Positions 45,094-52,676 of a stretch of DNA of 52,676 bases are shown here, in pieces. The notes under the pieces were generated by a model. The model made no database searches, was not told the DNA's origin, and saw nothing but the letters and a program-made list of their open reading frames with translations. Within the stretch, counting starts at the first letter, position 1. Each line of letters begins with the position of its first letter. A program made the position numbers and the translations under genes. The stretch covers positions 1 through 52,676 of the IMG/VR virus record IMGVR_UViG_3300043384_000025; one strand, given 5' to 3'. This DNA comes from a virus. Taxonomy: Duplodnaviria > Caudoviricetes.

Positions 45094-45366
45094 CTACCTG
45101 AGCGGCGCGCCGGTCGCGCGGGCCACCGCGTCGTCGTATTCGGCCTCGGAAAGCTCCTTGCCGACGGGCCATCCCTCGTGAGCCTTCGCCGCGGCGAAGC
45201 GCCAGTCTGGCATTACCGCTGATTTCTGGCCGGCGCGGTTCTGGGCGCGCGTGTGCTTCTTCTCGGCGCCCCATTCCTCGGCGGTCTTCTTCGCGACCAC
45301 TGGAGTGGGATCCGCCGCCGGCGTCGCGGCGCGAGGTGTGGGGAGAAAGATCTTGTCGTCGGTCAT
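45094..45366 (-). CDS. Small hypothetical protein
   Basis: WPVGKELSEAEYDDAV; sits just before the sheath gene. Confidence 0.6.
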   Translation of the reverse strand: MTDDKIFLPTPRAATPAADPTPVVAKKTAEEWGAEKKHTRAQNRAGQKSAVMPDWRFAAAKAHEGWPVGKELSEAEYDDAVARATGAPLR

Positions 45367-45371
45367 CGGGG

Positions 45372-45953
45372 TCACCCTGTCACGATCGATGTCGTGGTCG
45401 TCACGGTCGTGGCCGTGCCGGTGAGAGGCGCCTCGACCAGGACGGGCACCTTGAGCGCAAAGCGAATCACGCACACCATTCCCAGGCTCGTGATCTGCCC
45501 GGGCGTCATCCACTCCGAGCTGGTGAGCTCGAGCGCCTCGCCCTCGCCGAACCGCGCGCGCAATTCCTGATCGAGCGCGACGACGAGCTCGCGCACGAGC
45601 TCTTCGGTCCCGGCAAAGTCGAGCAGCGGGTCGGCCGGGTCCGGAGGAATGATCGGCCCCCAGACCGCGCACTCGAGGCCTGCGACCCGCGTCTTGAGCG
45701 CGCGCCGCTTCTCGCCGATCCGCATCGGGGCGTCGAACCGATCGAAGGTGGGCACGAAGACGAGCCGCGGAGGTGCGTCGTTCTGGTTGATGTACATCTC
45801 GCCGACAAAGAATGGGATCGGCAAGACGTAGCCAAGAGGCGCGACATAGCCGCTGTGGCCCGGCGCAATGTAGTCGCGGTCGCCGACCTCCGGAGGAGTA
45901 CCGCGCGTGCGGTTCAGTCGGTGGACGACGGCCTTGATAATGTCGGACACCAT
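45372..45953 (-). CDS. Tail terminator-like protein
   Basis: Synteny between neck and sheath genes. Confidence 0.55.
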   Translation of the reverse strand: MVSDIIKAVVHRLNRTRGTPPEVGDRDYIAPGHSGYVAPLGYVLPIPFFVGEMYINQNDAPPRLVFVPTFDRFDAPMRIGEKRRALKTRVAGLECAVWGPIIPPDPADPLLDFAGTEELVRELVVALDQELRARFGEGEALELTSSEWMTPGQITSLGMVCVIRFALKVPVLVEAPLTGTATTVTTTTSIVTG

Positions 45954-45956
45954 CGG

Positions 45957-46514
45957 TCATTCCAAGCCGAAGCGCCTCGACCCGAGCGCCTCGATCTCGT
46001 CCTCGATTGCCTTCGCCCAGCGTGGCGGGATCTCCCGCGTGCCCTTCGGCAGCATCGGGTTCGGGTGGATGCGGACCTCGAACTTGCTGCGCCACTTGCC
46101 GTCGGGCGCCTTGAAGGTCATCGGCCAGCGATCCCCGAAGACGCCCCGGCTCGCCGCCTCCCGAGCGCGCTTGCCTTTGGTCGCGCGAATGCGCCCGCCG
46201 TACGCCTGGACCGTCGCCAGGGTGTGCCGGCCGAAGTCCTGGCCGTCGACCGTGATCGAGAATCCGATCGGCGAGCGGTTGAGCTTCATCGACCGGAAGA
46301 GCGAGCCCGTCTTGAAGAGCGTGATCGGCCTGCCCTTGGCCCCAGTCCAGCGCTCCCCGTACGGCGAGGTCCCAGAGCGCCAGCCCTCCACGGCCTCGCG
46401 GAAGACAGCCTCGCCGGCGACATCCCGCGCTTCAGCTGCGAACTTCCCCTTCGCGATCTCGCGGACCTTCGCCCAGCGGGAGTGCAACTCGTCGATCGGC
46501 CCCGTGAACGCCAC
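45957..46514 (-). CDS. Virion morphogenesis protein (Mu gpG-like)
   Basis: SPYGERW, LFKTGSLFRS, QAYGG, IHPNPMLP. Confidence 0.75.
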   Translation of the reverse strand: MAFTGPIDELHSRWAKVREIAKGKFAAEARDVAGEAVFREAVEGWRSGTSPYGERWTGAKGRPITLFKTGSLFRSMKLNRSPIGFSITVDGQDFGRHTLATVQAYGGRIRATKGKRAREAASRGVFGDRWPMTFKAPDGKWRSKFEVRIHPNPMLPKGTREIPPRWAKAIEDEIEALGSRRFGLE

Positions 46515-46517
46515 GGC

Positions 46518-46913
46518 TCACCACCCGCGCTGCGGCTTGCTCGAGACCGTCGAGACCGACACGGCCGAGGGCGAGGAGTCGGTGACGCCGGCGGGCTTGA
46601 CGTGCCCTTGCGAGACCTGCTCGAGCCATCGAATCGCCGCGTCGTGCGAGGCCAGCATCGCGTCATTGCTCCCGGCCTGCGGCGCGAACCCGCGAGCCTT
46701 GAGGAGGTCGTACGCCGTGATCTGGCAGACCGCACGCTTGAGGTCGTCGCCCCAGGCCAGCAATGGCGTCCGGAACGCGGCGCCCATGTAGCCCTCGGCC
46801 GTCGAACTCACGGCGTCGAGCGCGCCCTGCTGAGCGTCGTTCGAGATCCCAGTGAGCGCGTTCGCCGAGATGGCCAAGCGCACGAGGTCCGCGGGTACGG
46901 CGTAGCGGGCCAT
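46518..46913 (-). CDS. Head-tail connector (Mu gp36/DUF1320-like)
   Basis: YAVPADL...LKRAVCQITAYDL...AIRWLEQVSQG. Confidence 0.82.
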   Translation of the reverse strand: MARYAVPADLVRLAISANALTGISNDAQQGALDAVSSTAEGYMGAAFRTPLLAWGDDLKRAVCQITAYDLLKARGFAPQAGSNDAMLASHDAAIRWLEQVSQGHVKPAGVTDSSPSAVSVSTVSSKPQRGW

Positions 46914-47498
46914 CTATCTCCCAACCTCGAACTTCTTGCGGATCGCCCCGGCGCGCGTCTCGCCGGCTTTGCGATCGGTCAGGATTTTTTCGGCCTCGCG
47001 GAGCACACGATCCTCGCTGCGATCTGCGGCGATCGCCTTGATGACATCGCTCTCGGCGATGGCATTGGAGATCGTCCCCTCGAGAATTTGCAGCCTGCCG
47101 TCGCGCTTGATCGCTGCGAGCTCGGGCTCGGTGACCTCCGCGAAGGTCGGCTCGCCGGCCTGCCAGTAGTGCCCGCCGCGGAAGTGGCCAGGGGGGGCGA
47201 GCGATATCGCGGTGACTCGCACGAGCTTCGTGGCCTCGGCGGGAGTGCTGTCAGCGGGGACGGAGTCGAGTACCGTCAGGCGCCCTGCCGCTGTCCCCGC
47301 GTATACCCGGATCTCGTCCGCCTGCTCTGGCGTCACGTCCGCAATGGACACCTTGCCGCGGCCTGGGAACCGGAATCCGGCGAGTTCGTGCCCAACCTGG
47401 GCCATTGACCTGACCGCGATCTTGACTCGCTCTTGGGTCTTCGCCCTGGCATCGGTGGGCTGCTCGGGTACTTTCGTCTTCGCGACTGGTTGATCCAT
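46914..47498 (-). CDS. Hypothetical protein after the capsid gene (HI1506-like, two internal repeats)
   Basis: GHFRGGHYW...ELAAIKRDGRLQI. Confidence 0.6.
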   Translation of the reverse strand: MDQPVAKTKVPEQPTDARAKTQERVKIAVRSMAQVGHELAGFRFPGRGKVSIADVTPEQADEIRVYAGTAAGRLTVLDSVPADSTPAEATKLVRVTAISLAPPGHFRGGHYWQAGEPTFAEVTEPELAAIKRDGRLQILEGTISNAIAESDVIKAIAADRSEDRVLREAEKILTDRKAGETRAGAIRKKFEVGR

Positions 47499-47639
47499 GG
47501 ATGCTGCCTCCTCGATCTGTATTCGCGCCTCTGAATAAAGCGGCGACCGAGCTTGGCAGCCCGGCCGCCGCCCCGTCGCGTCGGGCCACTCGAGGAGGCG
47601 CGTGTCGCCGACCCGATCAGGCCTGTGCTGCTGTCCGGA

Positions 47640-48653
47640 CTACGTCGCCTTGCACTTCGCGATCAGCGGCCACATGGAGTATCCGGCCGCGCCACGGGCG
47701 CGGACGCCCCAGAGCAGTTCGTCGTGTTTGAACACGTGCTCGTCGGTCGGGCTCGTGAGCACCGCGAACTCGGGCGGGTCCCTGATCTGCCAGACGAACG
47801 GCTTCACCGCGCGCTTCGTGCACATGACGTAGTAGCTCGTCGCGTCGCCGCGCAAGTATGGGTTGACGATCAGGTCCATCGACCCGCGCATGACGTTCGA
47901 CTGCCCGGCGGCCCCGTGGAGTTGGGGGTTATTCGCCGAGGCCGCGAGCGCGATGTCCGCGCCGATCACCTCGGCCTGGAGGAGCCGCGCGGCGGTCCAC
48001 TTCAGCTGCGGCGGGACCATGACGGCGTCGGGCATGATCTCGAGCGGCTGACCGTCGGCGCCGACGAGCGACATCATGTACGAGGTCACCGCCTCCAGGC
48101 TCGGCGAAGAGAGCGGCAGCGCGCCGGGGTAGTTCCCCGAGGCGGTCGAAGTAAACAGGTTCGCCTGCGTCGTGTCCGTGTTCCCGCCGCCGATCTGCTG
48201 GCTCGGGTCGTCGGGGTTGATGGGGTGGTCGGTGTCGAAATAGTACTGATTGTCGAACACCACCGCCGCCTCGCCAGCCTGGACGGCGTTCGCGATGATC
48301 CTGTCGGGCCACACCTTCGCCTGGCGCGCGACCTCCTGGACGAGCGTGCTGAGCACGCCCAGCTTGTCGTCGTCGACGTCCGTGCGCTTGACGCCGACCG
48401 TGAGCTCGAAGAGGTCGTTGGTGATCGTCTGCAGGCGGATTGCCGCGTTGTTGATGACGCGTTCTCCCTGCCACTTGCGCATCGCCGGCAGGCGGTCGAG
48501 CCACGGGTAGTCTTGCTCACGCGTGTCGCTCGTGAGCTCGCTCGCGATCAGTCCCCAATAGTTCTGGGTCGCCTCCAGCACCTGGCGGAAGATCATGTTC
48601 CAACTGATCGTGGCGGCGTTCCACTTCGCGGCAGTGGGGGCGTTCACTGGCAT
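47640..48653 (-). CDS. Major capsid protein (Mu gpT-like)
   Basis: YPWL..LPAMRKWQGER, FELTVGVKR.DVDDD, YFDTDHP, KPFVWQ.R, GVRARGAAGY. Confidence 0.93.
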   Translation of the reverse strand: MPVNAPTAAKWNAATISWNMIFRQVLEATQNYWGLIASELTSDTREQDYPWLDRLPAMRKWQGERVINNAAIRLQTITNDLFELTVGVKRTDVDDDKLGVLSTLVQEVARQAKVWPDRIIANAVQAGEAAVVFDNQYYFDTDHPINPDDPSQQIGGGNTDTTQANLFTSTASGNYPGALPLSSPSLEAVTSYMMSLVGADGQPLEIMPDAVMVPPQLKWTAARLLQAEVIGADIALAASANNPQLHGAAGQSNVMRGSMDLIVNPYLRGDATSYYVMCTKRAVKPFVWQIRDPPEFAVLTSPTDEHVFKHDELLWGVRARGAAGYSMWPLIAKCKAT

Positions 48654-48743
48654 ACGAGCTCCTCGCCCTCGGTCGAGGGCTTGCTGTTGAGCCCTCGTGG
48701 CGAGGGGCTTTGCGGCGGCGTGAAGGTGGCTTGCTGCTGGGCG

Positions 48744-49583
48744 CTACACTCCGGTCGACGGGATCGGGCCGGTCGGTCGCAGCAACACCTGGAAGGCGTT
48801 GTTCGTCGACCCGAGCGTGAGCGCGACACCGATCGGAGTCGACGCATTGCTCGTTGAATTCGACGGCGCGGTGAATGCCACGGCCGCCTTGAGTTGCCCG
48901 TTGGCGGTGCTTGCCACGACGACCCCGGGATTGATCGAGCCCGAGGCGTACGCGGTCGACTTGCCGGAGACGCGGATTTTCGCGACGGCGCCGGCCACCG
49001 GGGTGTTTTGCAAGATCCCGACTGCCGGATCGCCAGCGACCGCGGTCTTTGCCTTGCCGACGCCGGAGTCGTTGTAGACGGTGATCGCGACGAACGGCGT
49101 CAGAGCGAAGTTGTCGGCAGCGATCAAGTCGATCATCGTCGAGTCGCCCTGGTCGCCGATCGTGTCGAACATCACCTGGACCCAGACGCCGTCGGTCTCG
49201 ACCGAAATCACGGTGCCGGCTCTCGGTCGAGTGCCGTTGCTGTCGGTTCGCGCGACGGTCTGATCGTCGACGGCGAAGCAGGCATAGCCCTCATCCGCCG
49301 AGGTGAGTGCATCGGTGGTCGCGCTGTTCGCGTACTTGAAGACGCCCTGGCGAACGCGCGCGGTGATCGCCCCGGCAATGCCCGCGGAGTTGTCCGCCTC
49401 GGCTTCGCAGCGCCCGAGGATCTTCTTCGCGGTGGCGCCGGCCGGCACCAGGTTGCCCGAGACGTTGAGGCCTAGGAGCGCCCCGGTGTAGAGGTGCGTG
49501 CTGGCCGCGACCGGCTTCTCGAGGAACGTCGGGTGCGGGTCATTCCCCATCATCTTCGTGCTGCGGTTTGCGCTAAGAGCCAT
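48744..49583 (-). CDS. Capsid decoration/cement protein (two tandem domains)
   Basis: DNSAG.AG...VRQGVF...AVDDQTV, plus a second similar domain. Confidence 0.72.
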   Translation of the reverse strand: MALSANRSTKMMGNDPHPTFLEKPVAASTHLYTGALLGLNVSGNLVPAGATAKKILGRCEAEADNSAGIAGAITARVRQGVFKYANSATTDALTSADEGYACFAVDDQTVARTDSNGTRPRAGTVISVETDGVWVQVMFDTIGDQGDSTMIDLIAADNFALTPFVAITVYNDSGVGKAKTAVAGDPAVGILQNTPVAGAVAKIRVSGKSTAYASGSINPGVVVASTANGQLKAAVAFTAPSNSTSNASTPIGVALTLGSTNNAFQVLLRPTGPIPSTGV

Positions 49584-49694
49584 AGGTGTCTCCTTGCGAG
49601 CCGCTCGCTCATTGCGAGTTGCTCGCTTGCGGGTCGCTCGCCCGACGGGTTCGCCGCTGGCCCCAGCGGCATCACGACTGGTTGAAGGGCGGTT

Positions 49695-51038
49695 CTACGC
49701 GGTGCCGACGGCTGCCTTCTTCTTGAGGTACTCGTCGTACGCCGCGGAGCCGCCGTGCTTCATGATCTGAAAGCCCTCGAAGCTGACCCTTGCCTTCAGC
49801 GCCTGCGCCTTCTCGACCTCGGTGAGCTCCGGCAACTGGTCGGGCTTCTCCTCGGTGGGCCTGGCACCCTCGCCGGTCTTCGCGACGACCGGGGGCCCCA
49901 GGCACTCGAGGAACGCCTTGAGCTGGGTGGGATCCTTGGCGAACTGCGGTGCATCGGCCTTCAGGAACTCCGCGCGCTTCGCCGGCGTGAGGCGCCCCGC
50001 CTTCGAGGCCTCGTCGAGCAGCGCGGTGATCTCGCTCTGGCGCTGCGCGGCGCGCACCTTCTCGAGCTCGGCGGCGAGCTCGTCGGTCCTGGCCGCCTTC
50101 TCCTTGAGACCGGCGACGTGCGCAACGGCCTCGCCGACGGTGGCCTTCCCGGTGAGAGCCATGATGTCGACGGCCACCTTCGACGAGGCATCGAGTTGCG
50201 CGGTCACGGCGGTGAGCCTCGAGGCCGCATCGCTCGCGGTGCGCTCCAGGGCGGCCATTGCTTTCTCTTCGGCTGGGGTCATTGTCTGCTCCTTCGGTGG
50301 CTGCTCCTGGGGTGACGGTGATGGAGGCGGTTGCTGTGGTGCCGCTGGCACCTTCGCGCATGGCAGCGGAAGAGGCGTCAGGAGCTTTGCGAGCTCGGGC
50401 GGCGGGTGCGCGAAGAGCGCCGAGGCGACGGCGCGGAAGCGGGCTTCTTCGTGCTCGTCGCCGTCATCCTTCTCGTCGCCGTCTTCGTCTTCGTCGTCTT
50501 CGCGACCGGCGATTGCGTCGGCGAAACCTTTCGCGATCGAGTCCTTGGCGTTGAGCCAGGTTTCCGCATCCATCATCCTTTCGACCTCGACCTTCGCGAG
50601 GCCGGTGCGCCCGGCGTAGCAGTCGATCATTTCCGACTTCATCGCCTTGAGACGGGCGGCGGCCTGTTGCATCTGCTCGGCCGTCCCGATCGCGTATGCG
50701 CGCGGGCCATGGATCATGAACATCGCGTGCGGGGCGATCGTGATCTTGTCGCCGGCCATCGCGACCATCGAGGCGATGCTTGCCGCGAGCCCGTCGACGT
50801 GGACGTGCCGCTCGCCCGCCGACCAGGTCTTGAGCGCCGAATGAATCGCCACGCCCTCGAAGACATCGCCACCCGGCGAATGCACGTGAACGTCGAGGGC
50901 CTGGGCACCCTGGTCCTTGAGCTCGTCGAGCTTTGCGACGACGTCCTTCGCATAGATGCCGTCCCAGCCACCGATTGCATCGTAGAGGTGGAGCTTCCCT
51001 CGCATCGAGCCGTTCTCGAGCTCGACCCGTGCGCTCAT
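49695..51038 (-). CDS. ClpP-like head maturation protease with scaffold
   Basis: HSPGGDV, DGLAASIAS, FMIHGP, ETWLNA, GFAD, then a coiled-coil tail. Start could be 51098. Confidence 0.9.
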   Translation of the reverse strand: MSARVELENGSMRGKLHLYDAIGGWDGIYAKDVVAKLDELKDQGAQALDVHVHSPGGDVFEGVAIHSALKTWSAGERHVHVDGLAASIASMVAMAGDKITIAPHAMFMIHGPRAYAIGTAEQMQQAAARLKAMKSEMIDCYAGRTGLAKVEVERMMDAETWLNAKDSIAKGFADAIAGREDDEDEDGDEKDDGDEHEEARFRAVASALFAHPPPELAKLLTPLPLPCAKVPAAPQQPPPSPSPQEQPPKEQTMTPAEEKAMAALERTASDAASRLTAVTAQLDASSKVAVDIMALTGKATVGEAVAHVAGLKEKAARTDELAAELEKVRAAQRQSEITALLDEASKAGRLTPAKRAEFLKADAPQFAKDPTQLKAFLECLGPPVVAKTGEGARPTEEKPDQLPELTEVEKAQALKARVSFEGFQIMKHGGSAAYDEYLKKKAAVGTA

Positions 51039-51069
51039 TCTCGGCGCCTCGGTGCCGCCGAGATCGAGG

Positions 51070-52676
51070 CTATTTCGGATCGCTTTCGGAGTTGGCATCG
51101 GTGCTCTCTTCGGGCTCTGGCTTCTTTTCGGGCGTGCTGGGCTTCTTCTCCTCGACGTCGGCATTCTCCTCAGGCTCCTTGTCGCCGAGGCCGCCGGGCT
51201 TGCTTTCTCCGTTTTCCGCCACCGGCGCTGCTGACGCGTAGACGTCCCCATCCGGCCGCGGCGGCAACCCGAGCCGCGCGCGCGCTTCGTTCTTCGTCAC
51301 CACCCCGAACTTGAAATGGTATTCGTACAGCTGCCCGCGCTCGGTCAGATCGACGACGGCCTGGAGCGGGATCTTGAAGATCTTCGCGACGCCGTCGAGG
51401 TCTACCGGGAGCCCCGAGTCTTTGAGCTTCTTGAGCGCCTCGCCGAGTTTGTTCCAGGTATCGGCGGTGATCCCGCGCTGCTCTTCGACCTTCGTCGACC
51501 AGCGCACCCGCGGGGCGAGCTCTGCGCGGCCGAGGTTGTAGACCGCCCACGGAATGACGACCTGCTCGCTCAGGCAATCGCCGAGGCTCTTCGAATCGGC
51601 CTCCACGCGATCAAGGCGGATCCGGTCGTGGACGTTCGCCGCGGCGTAGGAGCCGCCGCCCTTGATCGACGTCGTGAGGTTCTGCCCGAGGAGGTCGATC
51701 GCGATGCACTCGTCGGCCTTTTCGAGGAGCTTCTGAAAGCCCTCCCAACTCTGGCTCTGCGCCTCCATCAGCGCGAGGTCGAAGCCCTTGCCATTCTCGT
51801 CGACTGCGAGCCGGACGAGGCCTTCGGAGCCGAGCGTCTCGAGGTCGGCGAGGAATGCTTCCTTGTCCTCCGGCGGCAGGCCGGCGGGTACCGTCGCCTT
51901 CTTGATCGGCAGCCCGTGAACTTCGGAGAATCGAGCCCAGTCGCGCAGCGCCCAGCGACGCACCAGGTACATCAGCGCGAGCGAGCGGACGTGCCCGCCC
52001 ATCCAGCCGCGCGCGTAACCGTCGGGGCAGTAGAGGACCCAGTGCCCGTCCCCGGGGGTGATCTCGATGGGGCCATCCATCGTGATCATCCAGAAGGTGC
52101 GGGTGTCCCAACGCCAGTAGAGGAAGCGCGGATCCCACGTTTTGAAGCGCGGCGTCCATGCCCCGGGGCTTGCCGTATCCCAGAGCAGCTCGCCGACAGC
52201 GACGCGAAGCTCGAGGCCCCACTTCAGGAACTTCTTGATCTCCGCGTCCGCGAACCAGGTCGGCCACTCGGCTCGGACGCGGGTCGCGTAGTCCTCGGCC
52301 TTGGCGTCGGTCGAACGAATCTCCGTCTCGAGCGGCAAACCGAAGAGCGCGTCGACCCGGGTTTGCTCGACGCCGTGGATCCGGTCGTCCGCGCCGAACG
52401 CGTCGACGAGCTGCGCAGCCTGCCAGAATTGCCCGAGCTCGAGCGAGGTGAGCGCGGCGCGGACGGAGCCAACCTCATCGAAGATCGTCGACCCGAGGAT
52501 CGGCAGGTCCCGAGCGTGATTCGTCGACGGCTGTGCGGCGAGCTTGGCTTTCCTCCAGAGGTAGTCGTGGTCGTCACGCTCGGCGGCGTTGCCTGCGCGC
52601 TCGAGCGACGCCACGGGGCCGGGATCTTCAACGCGCCCCGTGATGCCAAGGAACGTCTTGAGGTTGGTGAAGAGGC
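51070..52676 (-). CDS. Portal protein (Mu gp29/DUF935-like), start probably just beyond the right edge
   Basis: DWARFSEVHGLP, LLGQNLT, GSYAAANVH. The frame stays open upstream of 52614 (LFTNLKTFLG...). Confidence 0.9.
   Translation of the reverse strand, partial: LFTNLKTFLGITGRVEDPGPVASLERAGNAAERDDHDYLWRKAKLAAQPSTNHARDLPILGSTIFDEVGSVRAALTSLELGQFWQAAQLVDAFGADDRIHGVEQTRVDALFGLPLETEIRSTDAKAEDYATRVRAEWPTWFADAEIKKFLKWGLELRVAVGELLWDTASPGAWTPRFKTWDPRFLYWRWDTRTFWMITMDGPIEITPGDGHWVLYCPDGYARGWMGGHVRSLALMYLVRRWALRDWARFSEVHGLPIKKATVPAGLPPEDKEAFLADLETLGSEGLVRLAVDENGKGFDLALMEAQSQSWEGFQKLLEKADECIAIDLLGQNLTTSIKGGGSYAAANVHDRIRLDRVEADSKSLGDCLSEQVVIPWAVYNLGRAELAPRVRWSTKVEEQRGITADTWNKLGEALKKLKDSGLPVDLDGVAKIFKIPLQAVVDLTERGQLYEYHFKFGVVTKNEARARLGLPPRPDGDVYASAAPVAENGESKPGGLGDKEPEENADVEEKKPSTPEKKPEPEESTDANSESDPK

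Noticed and set aside
49376-49389. CAATGCCCGCGGAG, a 14-nt match to the repeat
   Set aside because: It lacks the GGC and the 3' stem strand, and it is antisense to the local gene. Probably chance.
45957-52676. Transposable Mu-like phage
   Set aside because: The head genes are Mu-like, but there is no MuA/MuB. The phage has a tyrosine integrase and its own primase-helicase.

Overview
A 52.7 kb, roughly 70% GC segment of a temperate myovirus, probably infecting Myxococcota (inferred from GC content and an Mx8-like xis-int layout). Left to right: a replication operon on the minus strand (Prim-Pol/AAA primase-helicase, VRR-NUC, adenine MTase, SF2 helicase with an intein); a divergent cro/cI-like switch; a plus-strand early operon (PD-(D/E)XK nuclease, DEDDh exonuclease, Rad50-like ATPase, HD hydrolase); a compact type V CRISPR effector (Cas12m-like, 568 aa, RuvC D-E-D intact) with a 9-repeat array and no cas1/cas2; xis and a tyrosine integrase with a probable internal attP; accessory genes; then lysis, contractile tail and Mu-like head genes on the minus strand. 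The main signal is seven further solo copies of the 36-nt repeat scattered over 12.5 kb. All are sense to local transcription, three sit in frame inside protein-coding genes, and all keep a pseudoknot stem through compensatory changes. Several are followed by sequence that copies a nearby or conserved part of the host gene, which suggests guides embedded in mRNAs. A second signal is a Vsr/DUF559-like endonuclease gene nested in another reading frame inside the helicase intein. All calls come from reading motifs by eye; no searches were run.
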